Source of the DNA: an uncultured Clostridia bacterium
Lineage (GTDB): Bacteria > Bacillota > Clostridia > Christensenellales > CAG-1252
DNA length: 34,415 nt
Assembly (NCBI GenBank): GCA_946626795.1
Contig: CAMOUZ010000002.1
Span: forward strand, 1 to 34,415
Direction of reading: 5' to 3'
The translations under genes and the position numbers were made by a program. This document shows positions 17,745 to 27,006 of this stretch, piece after piece (the first letter of the stretch is position 1; each line of letters opens with the position of its first letter). Below the pieces are notes generated by a model that worked only from the letters and a program-made list of their open reading frames with translations, did not search any database and was not told the origin of the DNA.

Positions 17745-18284
17745 ATGTCAAGAATCGGTAGACTTCCCATTGAAATCCCCGCCGGCGTGACCGTCACCCT
17801 CGCGGGCAACGTCATCACCGTGAAAGGCGCGCTCGGCACCCTCACTCGCACCCTTCATCCCGATATGAAGGTCGAGATCGAAGGAAATCACATCGTCGTG
17901 AGCCGTCCGAATGACGCCAAAGAGAATAAGGCGCTTCACGGTCTCACGCGCGTCCTTATCCATAATATGGTGCTCGGCGTGACCAAAGGCTTCGAGAAGA
18001 CCTTGGTCGTGAACGGCGTCGGTTATAAAGTCTCGGTCGAAGGCACGAAAGTCGTCTTCAACGTTGGCTTCTCTCATCCCGTTCCCGTCGAGATCCCGCA
18101 AGGCATCAAGGCAAAGGCGGAAAACGGCCTCGAACTCACCGTCAGCGGCATCGACAAGGAGCTCGTCGGACAGTTCGCCGCGAATCTCCGCGATATCAAG
18201 AGACCGGATCCTTATCACATCTACGGTATCCGTTATAAGGATGAAGTGATCGTGAAGAAGGTCGGTAAGACTGCGGGCAAATAA
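17745..18284 (+). CDS. rplF: 50S ribosomal protein L6
   Basis: The track ORF 17697 is over-extended. ATG 17745 follows GGGAGG. MSRIGRLPIEIPAGVTV... Confidence 0.96.
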   Translation: MSRIGRLPIEIPAGVTVTLAGNVITVKGALGTLTRTLHPDMKVEIEGNHIVVSRPNDAKENKALHGLTRVLIHNMVLGVTKGFEKTLVVNGVGYKVSVEGTKVVFNVGFSHPVPVEIPQGIKAKAENGLELTVSGIDKELVGQFAANLRDIKRPDPYHIYGIRYKDEVIVKKVGKTAGK

Positions 18285-18298
18285 AGGAGTGAATTGAT

Positions 18299-18667
18299 AT
18301 GATAACCAAGATCGATAAGAATTCCGAGAGGATCAAGAGACATAAGCGCATCAGGAATAAGATCAGCGGCACGACCGAGCGTCCCCGTCTGTCCGTATTC
18401 CGTAGCACGAATCACATTTACGCGCAGATCATCGACGACGTGAAGGGCGTGACCCTTGCGGCTTGCTCCACCGTCGAGAAGGCAGTTGCCGACGCGGTGA
18501 AGGAGATGAGCAAGAGCGATGCGGCGAAATACGTCGGCGCCGAGCTCGGCCGTCGCGCGATCGAGAAGGGCGTGAATACTGTCGTCTTCGACAGAAGCGG
18601 CTACCTTTATATGGGCAGAGTAGAAGCCCTTGCAGACGGCGCAAGAGAAGCCGGATTGCAGTTCTAA
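18299..18667 (+). CDS. rplR: 50S ribosomal protein L18
   Basis: 122 aa, ...[34 protein letters not shown]... Confidence 0.96.
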   Translation: MITKIDKNSERIKRHKRIRNKISGTTERPRLSVFRSTNHIYAQIIDDVKGVTLAACSTVEKAVADAVKEMSKSDAAKYVGAELGRRAIEKGVNTVVFDRSGYLYMGRVEALADGAREAGLQF

Positions 18668-18677
18668 GGAGGCAGAT

Positions 18678-19214
18678 ATGGCAAGGCGTGATGATAAATT
18701 CAATAAAGACAGAGAAGTAAAAGACGGATTCGACAAGGTCACCATCGCGATGAACCGCGTTACCAAGGTGGTCAAGGGCGGTAGGACGATGCGTCAAGCC
18801 GCGCTCATCGTTGTCGGAGACAAGAACGGACAAGTAGGTCTCGGCATGGGTAAGGCGACGGAAGCGACCGACGCCATCGAGAAGGCGACGACGGCTGCGA
18901 AAAACAGCCTCATCAAGGTCCCGATGGTCGGCACTACGATCCCTCACCAGATCACCGGCGTTTTCGGACGCGGCAAGGTGCTCTTGATTCCGGCTGAGGT
19001 CGGTACCGGCGTTATCGCGGGCGGTCCCGTGCGTGCGGTGCTCGAAATGGCGGGTATCCAAGACATTCGTACGAAAGCGATCGGCACGAATAACCCCATC
19101 AACTGCGCGAAAGCCACGATGAACGGTCTCTCCCGTCTTATGACGGCGGAGCAGATCGCAGCGCTTCGCGGTAAGTCCGTTGAGGAGATCCTCGGTAAGG
19201 AGGCACAAGACTAA
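18678..19214 (+). CDS. rpsE: 30S ribosomal protein S5
   Basis: The track ORF 18630 is over-extended. ATG 18678 follows AAGGAGG. ...[40 protein letters not shown]... Confidence 0.96.
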   Translation: MARRDDKFNKDREVKDGFDKVTIAMNRVTKVVKGGRTMRQAALIVVGDKNGQVGLGMGKATEATDAIEKATTAAKNSLIKVPMVGTTIPHQITGVFGRGKVLLIPAEVGTGVIAGGPVRAVLEMAGIQDIRTKAIGTNNPINCAKATMNGLSRLMTAEQIAALRGKSVEEILGKEAQD

Positions 19215-19396
19215 TGGCGAAGATTAAAGTTACTTTGATAAAGAGCACCATCGGCGCTCTCGAAAAGCAGAAGGCAAACGTTGCCGCTCTGGGGCTCCGT
19301 AAGATCGGCAGTTCGAATGTGCTTGACGACAATGCGACGACCCGCGGCATGATAAAGGTAGTTTCTCACCTCGTGAAAGTTGAGAACGCCGATTAG
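19214..19396 (+). CDS. rpmD: 50S ribosomal protein L30
   Basis: 60 aa, [33 protein letters not shown]... Confidence 0.95.
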   Translation: MAKIKVTLIKSTIGALEKQKANVAALGLRKIGSSNVLDDNATTRGMIKVVSHLVKVENAD

Positions 19397-19407
19397 GAGG
19401 TAGAGAT

Positions 19408-19851
19408 ATGAGATTGCATACCATTACTCCCGCAATGAATTCCAAGACGCCCGCCAAGAGGCTGGGCAGGGGCATCGGCTCCGGTCTCGGAAAGACTTCC
19501 GGTAAGGGACATAAAGGGCAATGGGCAAGAAGCGGCGGCGGCGTGCGTCCCGGATTCGAAGGCGGACAGATGCCTTTGACGAGGAGACTCCCCAAGCGCG
19601 GCTTCACCAATATTTTCAAAAAACAATACAACATCGTAAACCTTGCGGACTTGGAGTGCTTCGAGGCGAATGCGGTGATCAATGAGCAGGCGCTCCTTGA
19701 CGCGGGCATTCTCACGAAGGCGCAGCCGTACGGTTTGAAAGTGCTTGGCGGCGGCGAGCTTACAAAGGCTCTCACCGTGCAGGCGAATTTCTTCAGCGAG
19801 TCCGCGAAGGCCGCGATCGAAAAGGTCGGCGGTAAGGTAGAGGTGCTCTGA
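19408..19851 (+). CDS. rplO: 50S ribosomal protein L15
   Basis: 147 aa, ...RLGRGIGSGLGKTSGKGHKGQWARSG... Confidence 0.96.
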   Translation: MRLHTITPAMNSKTPAKRLGRGIGSGLGKTSGKGHKGQWARSGGGVRPGFEGGQMPLTRRLPKRGFTNIFKKQYNIVNLADLECFEANAVINEQALLDAGILTKAQPYGLKVLGGGELTKALTVQANFFSESAKAAIEKVGGKVEVL

Positions 19852-21137
19852 TGTTAAATACGCTGATAAATGCCTTCCGTGAGAAGGAAATACGAAAGAA
19901 AATGCTGATGACTCTGCTGATGTTGCTCGTTTTCAGACTCGGATGTTTCATCCCCGTCCCGGGCATCGCGGCGGCGAGCTTCCAGAACCTCGCGCAGAAT
20001 GATTTCTTCAAGATCATTTCCACGATAACGGGTGGATCCCTTGCAAACGGAACCATCTTTGCGCTCGGCATCCTTCCATTTATCAACGCTTTCATTATTA
20101 TGCAGCTCTTGACTCTCGTGATCCCTCCGCTCGATAGGCTCTCCAAGCAGGGCGAAGCGGGCAGGAAAAAGATCACGCAGATCACTCGTTACGCAGCGAT
20201 CGTTCTCGCCATCATCCAAGCGGTCGGCATCTGCCTCAGCTGGGGACAAGACAACTTCGACGCGACGCTCGAATCCAAAGCGCTTACCATCGCGCTCGTC
20301 ATTATTATGCTCGTCGGCGGCAGCTGTATGGTCATGTGGATCGGCGATAGGATTACGGAGTACGGCGTCGGAAACGGCACCTCCCTCATCATCTTCGTCG
20401 GTATCCTCGCTTCGGCGGGTCAGCATCTTTTGTCCGCGATCACGACGGCGGGCGACGGCGACAGCCTTGCAAAGAATATTTGGCTGATCTTCGCCTTCTT
20501 GCTCGTGGTGCTTTTCGTCTTCGTCTTCATCATCTTCGTGGATCTCGCGGAGAGGAGGATCACGATCCAATACGCAAAGCAGGTCAAGGGAAATAAGATG
20601 TACGGCGGACAGTCCACGCATATCCCGATGAAGGTGAATGCGAGCGGCGTTATGCCGATCATCTTCGCTTCTTCCTTCTTGATGTTTCCGCAGATGATCG
20701 CCAGCTTCTGGCCGAATAGCGCGTTCTATCAATGGTGGTCGAGATGGCTGGGCATCGGCACCCCGATCTATATCGCGGTGATGACGCTCCTCATCCTGTT
20801 CTTCTCCTTCTTCTATTCGCAGATTCAGTTCAATCCGGAGGACATCAGCAGGAATATCCAGCAGAACGGCGGATTTATCCCCGGCATCAGGCCCGGCAGA
20901 CCCACGACGGATTACTTGAAGAGGATCAATAATAGGATCACGCTTTTCGGCGCGATCTTCCTCGCTCTCGTCGCCCTTGTCACCAGCATCGTTTTGCCGG
21001 CGATCGGCACGGAGAACGGTCTCGGAAACGCATTCAGCGCAACGGGACTCCTCATCGTGGTCAGCGTGGCGATGGAATTCGATACGCAGTTGCAGAACCA
21101 GCTCATGATGAAGCATTATAAGGGCTTCTTGAAGTAA
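19851..21137 (+). CDS. secY: Preprotein translocase subunit SecY
   Basis: 428 aa polytopic membrane protein, ...GSLANGTIFALGILPFINAFIIMQLLT... Position after rplO fits. TGATG overlap. Confidence 0.96.
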   Translation: MLNTLINAFREKEIRKKMLMTLLMLLVFRLGCFIPVPGIAAASFQNLAQNDFFKIISTITGGSLANGTIFALGILPFINAFIIMQLLTLVIPPLDRLSKQGEAGRKKITQITRYAAIVLAIIQAVGICLSWGQDNFDATLESKALTIALVIIMLVGGSCMVMWIGDRITEYGVGNGTSLIIFVGILASAGQHLLSAITTAGDGDSLAKNIWLIFAFLLVVLFVFVFIIFVDLAERRITIQYAKQVKGNKMYGGQSTHIPMKVNASGVMPIIFASSFLMFPQMIASFWPNSAFYQWWSRWLGIGTPIYIAVMTLLILFFSFFYSQIQFNPEDISRNIQQNGGFIPGIRPGRPTTDYLKRINNRITLFGAIFLALVALVTSIVLPAIGTENGLGNAFSATGLLIVVSVAMEFDTQLQNQLMMKHYKGFLK

Positions 21138-21754
21138 TGAAAGTCATCTTTTTGGGAGCACCCGGCAGCGGTAAAGGAACGCATGCCACTCGCGTCAAGC
21201 TCGCGCTCGACGTGCCGCATATTTCCACGGGGGATATCTTCCGTGAGAATATCAAGGGCGGCACCCCGCTCGGACTTTTGGCGAAGAGTTATATCGACAA
21301 GGGCGCGCTTGTGCCCGATGAAGTCGTCATCAAGATCGTAGCGGACAGACTGTCGAGAGAAGACTGCAAAAAAGGCTTTATCCTCGACGGCTTCCCTCGT
21401 ACGATTCGTCAGGCGGAAGAGCTCAAAAAGATCGCGGACATCGACGTGGTGATCAATCTCGTCGTGGACGACGAAGCCATCGTCAAGAGAGTCGCGGGCA
21501 GACGTATGTGCCGTTGCGGAGAGACGTATAACGTCGCATTCCTGAATGGTTCGAACGTTTGCGCAAAGTGCGGCGGCGAGCTCTATCAGCGCGACGACGA
21601 CAAAGAAGAGACGGTGAAGAGCAGGCTCGAAGTGTATCACAAAGAGACCGCGCCCCTCATCGATTATTACAGGAAAGAAGGTCTCTTGAAAGACGTGGAC
21701 GGATCGCAGACCATCGACAAGGTCTATGCGGACATTTTGAAGGTGCTTCAATGA
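21137..21754 (+). CDS. adk: Adenylate kinase (zinc-lid type)
   Basis: 205 aa, MKVIFLGAPGSGKGTHA... The lid is CRCGETYN...CAKCGGELYQRDDD. Confidence 0.96.
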   Translation: MKVIFLGAPGSGKGTHATRVKLALDVPHISTGDIFRENIKGGTPLGLLAKSYIDKGALVPDEVVIKIVADRLSREDCKKGFILDGFPRTIRQAEELKKIADIDVVINLVVDDEAIVKRVAGRRMCRCGETYNVAFLNGSNVCAKCGGELYQRDDDKEETVKSRLEVYHKETAPLIDYYRKEGLLKDVDGSQTIDKVYADILKVLQ

Positions 21755-22497
21755 TCTTTCTCAAAACGCCCGAAGAAGTGAACGTAATGCGCAAGGCGAA
21801 CCTCATCGTTCGCGACACGCTTCTTATGGTAAGAGACCGCATCCGCCCCGGCGTTTCCACCGCCGAAGTGGATAAATGGGTGAAAGACTATATCGAGTCG
21901 CAGGGGGCGAGGCCGTCCTGTCTCGGTTACGGAGGCTTCCCCGCGAGCACTTGCATCTCGATCGATGACGTGGTCGTGCATGGCATTCCCTCTCCGAAGA
22001 GATATATCGAGGAAGGGCAGATCGTCGGCGTGGACTTATGCGCTTATATTGACGGTTATCATGGCGATAGCGCGCGCACCTTTATGATCGGAAAGGTCAG
22101 CGAGGAGAAGCGCAAGCTTGTGGAGACAGCGGAAGCCGCTTTCTTCGAGGGGATCAAGGGGATCACGTCCGTTTCTCGTCTCGGAGACATCTCCGGAAGG
22201 ATCCAAAATTACGTGGAGTCGCACGGCTATTCCGTCGTTCGCGCCCTCACCGGTCACGGGATCGGAAGAGAGATGCATGAGGATCCCGCCGTGCCGAATT
22301 ACGGCGTCGTCGGAAGAGGACTCCGCTTGCATCACGGCATGACGCTCGCGGTCGAGCCGATGATCAACCTCGGAAGATACGAAGTCTATACCGAGAAAGA
22401 CGGCTGGACGGTGCGCACGAAGGACCATTCCCCCTCCGCTCATTACGAGAACACCGTAGTGATTTGGGACGACGGCGTGGAGATCCTCACGATGTGA
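21751..22497 (+). CDS. map: Type I methionine aminopeptidase
   Basis: The track ORF 21559 is over-extended. ATG 21751 overlaps the adk stop (ATGA). MIFLKTPEEVNVMRKAN... Metal-ligand-region motifs VGVDLCAYIDGYHGD, GHGIGREMHE and LAVEPM are present. Confidence 0.95.
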   Translation: MIFLKTPEEVNVMRKANLIVRDTLLMVRDRIRPGVSTAEVDKWVKDYIESQGARPSCLGYGGFPASTCISIDDVVVHGIPSPKRYIEEGQIVGVDLCAYIDGYHGDSARTFMIGKVSEEKRKLVETAEAAFFEGIKGITSVSRLGDISGRIQNYVESHGYSVVRALTGHGIGREMHEDPAVPNYGVVGRGLRLHHGMTLAVEPMINLGRYEVYTEKDGWTVRTKDHSPSAHYENTVVIWDDGVEILTM

Positions 22498-22507
22498 GGT
22501 AAAAAAT

Positions 22508-22780
22508 ATGCAAAAAGAAGTATTCGTCGGAAGTATTGTTTATTCAAAAGCTGGACGAGACTGCGGAAAGTGTTATATAATAGTAAGGTTCGGCGATCAA
22601 GGGTATGCTTACGTGGCAAACGGAACGGACAAGAAGCTTGCCTCGCCGAAAAAGAAGAACATCAAGCATCTCGATCCGAGTGGAGACACGAACGAAGTGA
22701 TCCGTGAGAAGCTTCTTGCGGAGAAGCAAGTATTTGACAGTGAGATAAAGAGTGCGCTGAGAGCGTACGCAGGCAAATAA
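22508..22780 (+). CDS. KOW-domain RNA-binding protein (L14E/L6E/L27E-like small protein conserved between map and infA)
   Basis: 90 aa, ...[19 protein letters not shown]... is a KOW-like motif. The conserved map-infA position matches many Bacillota. Confidence 0.7.
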   Translation: MQKEVFVGSIVYSKAGRDCGKCYIIVRFGDQGYAYVANGTDKKLASPKKKNIKHLDPSGDTNEVIREKLLAEKQVFDSEIKSALRAYAGK

Positions 22781-22791
22781 GGAGGTCCGTT

Positions 22792-23016
22792 TTGTCGAAG
22801 GAAGATGTCATAGAGGTCCAAGGGAAAGTGATCGAGGTATTGCCCTATCAGTCGTATAGGGTGGAGCTCGAAAAGAGCGGCGCGCAGATCATTGCTTACC
22901 CCTCGGGTAAGATGCGTATCAAAAGCATCAAGATCATCGAAGGCGATTCGGTGAAAGTGGAAATAAGTCCGTATGATTTGACGAAGGGTCGTATCGTATG
23001 GCGGGATAAGAACTAA
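22792..23016 (+). CDS. infA: Translation initiation factor IF-1 (TTG start)
   Basis: 74 aa, (M)[17 protein letters not shown]...[36 protein letters not shown] 22792 lies 6 nt after GGAGG (22781-22785). Confidence 0.93.
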   Translation: MSKEDVIEVQGKVIEVLPYQSYRVELEKSGAQIIAYPSGKMRIKSIKIIEGDSVKVEISPYDLTKGRIVWRDKN

Positions 23017-23031
23017 TTTGGAGGTTTCATT

Positions 23032-23148
23032 ATGAAAGTAAGACCGTCGGTAAAACCTATGTGCGACAAGTGCAAAATTATCAGGCGTCACGGCAAAGTC
23101 ATGGTGATCTGCTCGAAGAGCAAGAGCCATAAGCAGGTGCAAGGCTGA
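23032..23148 (+). CDS. rpmJ: 50S ribosomal protein L36
   Basis: Not on the ORF track (38 aa). Hand translation gives [43 protein letters not shown] at 23020-23024 lies 7 nt upstream of the ATG. Confidence 0.92.
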   Translation: MKVRPSVKPMCDKCKIIRRHGKVMVICSKSKSHKQVQG

Positions 23149-23267
23149 TATTATCGAGATATCCGTTACTTACGCGAGGTGCGGCTGGACGAATTCATTC
23201 CAAATTACATTTCGTCCTCTCAAATGAGTAATCAGATAAACATCATAGATCAAATGGAGGTATTTTA

Positions 23268-23636
23268 ATGGCTCGTATATCCGGTGTAGATTTGCCAAGG
23301 GAAAAAAGGCTCGAGATCGGTTTGACTTATATCTTCGGTATAGGTCTCGCGACTTCGCGCAAAATTTTGGCAGCGACAGGGATCAGCCCTGATATCAGGG
23401 TGAAAGATTTGGCAGAAAGCGATGTAGCCATACTCAGAGACTATATCGAAAAGAATCTGCATGTTGAAGGCGATTTGAAGCGCGAGATCGATATGAATAT
23501 CAAGAGACTTCGCGAGATCGGATCGTATCGCGGCGTCCGTCACAGAAAAGGCTTGCCCGTCAGAGGACAAAGCAGCAAGAGGAACGCTCGTACCCGTAAA
23601 GGTCCGAGACGTACCGTCGGCCGTTCTAAGAAATAA
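23268..23636 (+). CDS. rpsM: 30S ribosomal protein S13
   Basis: 122 aa, [26 protein letters not shown]... Confidence 0.97.
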   Translation: MARISGVDLPREKRLEIGLTYIFGIGLATSRKILAATGISPDIRVKDLAESDVAILRDYIEKNLHVEGDLKREIDMNIKRLREIGSYRGVRHRKGLPVRGQSSKRNARTRKGPRRTVGRSKK

Positions 23637-23650
23637 GGGAGGACGCAATC

Positions 23651-24043
23651 ATGGCAGTTAAGAAAAGTGTGACGAAAAAGCGCAAGGACATTACGCGTGT
23701 TGACAGGGGACAGGCTCATATCCAATGTTCCTTCAATAACACGATCATCACCATCACGGACACGCAGGGAAATGCGATCAGCGCGTCGAGCGCCGGCAAG
23801 CTCGGTCTCCGCGGCTCCAAGAAGAGCACTCCCTATGCGGCGCAGATGGTCATGGAAGACGCGGCTAAGGCAGCAAAAGAGCACGGCTTAAAGTCGGTGG
23901 ACGTTTTCGTGAAGGGCCCGGGACAGGGCAGAGAATCCGCGATCCGCGCTCTCCAAAACGTGGAGATCGCAGTGACCTCGATTCAGGACGTGTCCCCCAT
24001 CCCGCATAACGGTTGCCGCCCGCCCAAGCGCAGAAGGTTATAG
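23651..24043 (+). CDS. rpsK: 30S ribosomal protein S11
   Basis: 130 aa, ...[30 protein letters not shown]... Confidence 0.97.
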   Translation: MAVKKSVTKKRKDITRVDRGQAHIQCSFNNTIITITDTQGNAISASSAGKLGLRGSKKSTPYAAQMVMEDAAKAAKEHGLKSVDVFVKGPGQGRESAIRALQNVEIAVTSIQDVSPIPHNGCRPPKRRRL

Positions 24044-24056
24044 GAGGTAGAAGAAT

Positions 24057-24713
24057 ATGGCTAAGTATACAGGACCGGCTTGTCGCTTGTGCAGAAGAGA
24101 GGGTGAGAAATTATACCTCAAAGGCGACAGATGTTATAATATCAGCAGTGACGGCACGCAGGGCAGGAAGCTCTGTCCCTTGGAGAAGGGACGCATCAAT
24201 CCTCCCGGTCCCGTCAAGACCGGCAGGAGAAAGGTGTCTGCGTACGCCCTCCAGCTCCGTGAGAAGCAGAAGACCAAGAGAGCTTACGGCATCATGGAGA
24301 AGCAGTTCCGTATATACCACGAGAAAGCAGAGCGCATGAAGGGTATCACGGGTGAAAACATGCTTATCCTCATCGAGCGCAGGCTGGATAACGTGGTCTT
24401 CCGTCTCGGTATCGGCGGCAGCAGAGCGCAGGCGAGACAGATCGTGAATCACGGCCACATCACCGTGAACGGGAAAAACGTTAATATTCCTTCTTACTTG
24501 GTATCCGCAGGCGACGTCATCGCCGTCAAGGAGAGTAAGCAGGGCAAGAAGATCTTTGAGGCTGTGAAAGAAGTGGGCGCGAAGTCCGCTCTCCCGCAGT
24601 GGCTCGAATTCGATAAGAGCACGCTCACCGGAAAAGTGTTGCAATTGCCGAAGCGCGAGGACATCGACCTCAGGATCAAGGAGCACATGATCGTCGAGTT
24701 GTACTCCAAGTAA
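24057..24713 (+). CDS. rpsD: 30S ribosomal protein S4 (Cys-rich N-terminus with a short insertion)
   Basis: 218 aa, [41 protein letters not shown]... An S4 RNA-binding domain lies at the C-terminus. Confidence 0.95.
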   Translation: MAKYTGPACRLCRREGEKLYLKGDRCYNISSDGTQGRKLCPLEKGRINPPGPVKTGRRKVSAYALQLREKQKTKRAYGIMEKQFRIYHEKAERMKGITGENMLILIERRLDNVVFRLGIGGSRAQARQIVNHGHITVNGKNVNIPSYLVSAGDVIAVKESKQGKKIFEAVKEVGAKSALPQWLEFDKSTLTGKVLQLPKREDIDLRIKEHMIVELYSK

Positions 24714-24728
24714 TAAAGGAGGGATATT

Positions 24729-25685
24729 ATGATAAAGATCAAGACACCGCAAATAAACGCAACGGAAAGTGTGGACGCTTCGACCGCTACGATCACCGTA
24801 GAGCCCTTGGAGAAAGGCCTTGGCACGACCCTTGGCAATGCTCTCCGCAGGATGCTTCTCTCCGACCTGCCCGGTGTGGCTGCTGTCGGTATCAAGATCG
24901 CCGGCGTTATGCATGAGTTCTCCACGATCCCGAACGTTGTCGAAGACGTGGTGGATATCATTTTGAATATCAAAGGGCTGGCATTCAAGGCAAGTTCTCC
25001 CTTGGAGGACGGCGAGAGAGTCGTCGTCACCATCAAGACGAACACCCCCGGTCCCGTGCTCGGAAAGGATATCGACTGCGGGATGAATCTCACCGTTGTC
25101 AACGGAGATCATCATATCTGCACGATCAATGAAGGCGGCGAGCTCGATATGGAGATCACCGTGGCGAGCGGCAGAGGGTATGTCGGCGCGGATAAAAATA
25201 AGACGGCGGAGCAGCCCATCGGCTATATCCCCGTGGACAGCATCTTCACGCCCGTTTTGGCGGCGAGCTATGCCGTCGAAGACGCTCGTGTCGGACAGGA
25301 TATCAATTATGATAGGCTTGTCCTCAACGTGAAGACGAATGGCACCACCCCCGCGAAAGAGACTCTTTCCCTCGCGGCAAAGATCTTGGACGAGCACGCA
25401 AAGCTCTTCATCAATCTCTGTGACACCGTGCCCGATCTCGACATCTTGAAGCCGGACGAGCCCGATCCTACGCTCACCTATCTTGAAAAGACGATCGAGG
25501 ATCTCGATCTCTCCGTCCGTTCTTATAACTGCTTGAAGAGAGCGGGTATCCATACCGTAGGCGACCTCATCGAGAAGTCCGAGAACGAGATGTTGAAGGT
25601 GCGTAACCTTGGACAAAAGTCCCTTGACGAAGTGATCAGGAAGCTCGCAGAGCTCGGTCTGGCGCTCCGCAGTAACGACGAATAA
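24729..25685 (+). CDS. rpoA: DNA-directed RNA polymerase subunit alpha
   Basis: 318 aa, ...TVEPLEKGLGTTLGNALRRMLLSDLPG... The C-terminal domain has ...LDLSVRSYNCLKRAGIHTVGDL... Confidence 0.97.
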   Translation: MIKIKTPQINATESVDASTATITVEPLEKGLGTTLGNALRRMLLSDLPGVAAVGIKIAGVMHEFSTIPNVVEDVVDIILNIKGLAFKASSPLEDGERVVVTIKTNTPGPVLGKDIDCGMNLTVVNGDHHICTINEGGELDMEITVASGRGYVGADKNKTAEQPIGYIPVDSIFTPVLAASYAVEDARVGQDINYDRLVLNVKTNGTTPAKETLSLAAKILDEHAKLFINLCDTVPDLDILKPDEPDPTLTYLEKTIEDLDLSVRSYNCLKRAGIHTVGDLIEKSENEMLKVRNLGQKSLDEVIRKLAELGLALRSNDE

Positions 25686-25703
25686 TCAGGAGGCAGAAGA
25701 AAT

Positions 25704-26213
25704 ATGAATCAAAGGAAATTGGGAAGACCGACAGATCAGCGCATGGCGATCTTGAAGAATGAAGTGTCCGAGCTCCTGTGGTACGGAAGACTCGAAATCA
25801 CGTTCGATCGCGCGAAAGAGGTCAGCCGCATGGCGGAAAAGCTCTTGACCCTCGCGATCAAGACCTATGATGACACTGTCGAAGTGGTAAAAGAAAAAGT
25901 CAATCTGAAAAACGAGAAAGTCTCCGTGAAGTTTATCAATGACGGCACGAAGAAGCTCGCGGCGAGGAGAAAGCTCATGGCGTCTCTCGTCGACATTCAG
26001 GAAGCGAAGGGCGCGAAAGAGAGCAAGAGCAAATACGCGGCGAGGACGAAGGACATCAAGCATCCCTTGGTGGAGAAGATCTTCAATGAGTATGCGCCGA
26101 GATATAAAGAGCGCAATGATAAGCAGACGCAGGGCGGCGGTTACACCCGTATCATTCGTATGGGTCAAAGACGCGGCGACGCGGCGGAGATGGCGATCAT
26201 CGAGCTTATCTGA
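25704..26213 (+). CDS. rplQ: 50S ribosomal protein L17 (with about 45-50 aa internal insertion)
   Basis: 169 aa, ...LGRPTDQRMAILKNEVSELLWYGRLEITFDRAKEV... and ...GGYTRIIRMGQRRGDAAEMAIIELI flank an extra K/E-rich segment. Confidence 0.94.
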   Translation: MNQRKLGRPTDQRMAILKNEVSELLWYGRLEITFDRAKEVSRMAEKLLTLAIKTYDDTVEVVKEKVNLKNEKVSVKFINDGTKKLAARRKLMASLVDIQEAKGAKESKSKYAARTKDIKHPLVEKIFNEYAPRYKERNDKQTQGGGYTRIIRMGQRRGDAAEMAIIELI

Positions 26214-26236
26214 TCTTCGATAATAAGGTAAAGCAA

Positions 26237-26266
26237 GGCGAGAGGATGACTCCCGCCTTCTTTTTT
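26237..26266 (+). terminator. Rho-independent terminator ending the ribosomal supercluster
   Basis: Stem GGCGAGAG / CTCCCGCC (8 bp, one mismatch), loop GATGA, followed by TTCTTTTTT. Confidence 0.75.
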
Positions 26267-26344
26267 ATCTTCGGAATCAAGTCTTATGAAAAGAAGCCCT
26301 ATTTTCTCCTTTCACCGGGGAAATAGGACTTTTTCGAAATAAAA

Positions 26345-26845
26345 TCAATTATTGTGAAACAAGAATACGAAGGTGATCGCCACCGCTACGACGATGAGGA
26401 CGAGCAACGTGATCGAGATCCCGAGGAGGATCTTGTAAGAAACGGGTCTTTTTTCTTCGCGCTTCACCACTTTCGCGAGAAGCGTCGTGGATACGATGGC
26501 AAAGATGAGAGCGGGGCCTCCGCTGAAGAACATCATGACGAGGAAGATCGGCACGGCGAAGAGGGCAGTGAAGACCGCTTCGCCCGCGGAATCCGTCGTC
26601 GCGATATTGAAAAGCGAGGAGAAGAACGTTGCCGCGATGACCGCAAATGCCGCAAAGAAGACGCAGAGCAGGACAAAGAAGACGACAGCGGCGGCTTTCG
26701 GCCCTTTCTTATATGCTTTTTTGCGCTCCACCGCGGAGATCTCTTCGAGAGAGGGCTCCGCGGAAAGTGGCTCAGCGGGGGTATTTTGGGGTAAATCCAA
26801 AAGATTGAGCTCTTCTTGCTCGGTTTTTTCGTCGAATTCGCTCAT
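26345..26845 (-). CDS. Small integral membrane protein: acidic N-terminal tail and about 4 TM helices; unknown function
   Basis: The track ORF is over-extended to 26947. ATG at 26845 follows GGAGGAAATAAA on the minus strand. MSEFDEKTEQEELNLLDLPQ... is followed by hydrophobic helices (AAVVFFVLLCVFFAAFAVIAATFF, etc.). Confidence 0.65.
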   Translation of the reverse strand: MSEFDEKTEQEELNLLDLPQNTPAEPLSAEPSLEEISAVERKKAYKKGPKAAAVVFFVLLCVFFAAFAVIAATFFSSLFNIATTDSAGEAVFTALFAVPIFLVMMFFSGGPALIFAIVSTTLLAKVVKREEKRPVSYKILLGISITLLVLIVVAVAITFVFLFHNN

Positions 26846-26872
26846 TTTATTTCCTCCTTTCGGTATAAACAT

Positions 26873-26901
26873 ATTATAACAAAACATTCTTCGCGAGACA
26901 A
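26873..26901 (-). promoter_or_regulatory. Candidate sigma-A promoter for the 26845 membrane-protein gene
   Basis: The minus strand reads TTGTCT, 17 nt, TATAAT (plus-strand agacaa 26896-26901, attata 26873-26878). Confidence 0.45.
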
Positions 26902-27006
26902 TACATTTCCGCCGTATTGTCAACGCAGGATTACGAGAATGTCGCAAAAAGGTGTTTTTCTCTTAGTTTTGCCCATTTTGCGAAAAAAGATACCGGTCGG
27001 ACGAAT

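Noticed and set aside
26298-26335. Hairpin CCTATTT, 16 nt, AAATAGG with flanking T/A runs, as a possible terminator for the minus-strand membrane-protein gene.
   Set aside because: The 7 bp stem is AT-rich and the loop is 16 nt, so the hairpin is weak. It may assist bidirectional termination together with the rplQ terminator, but support is low.
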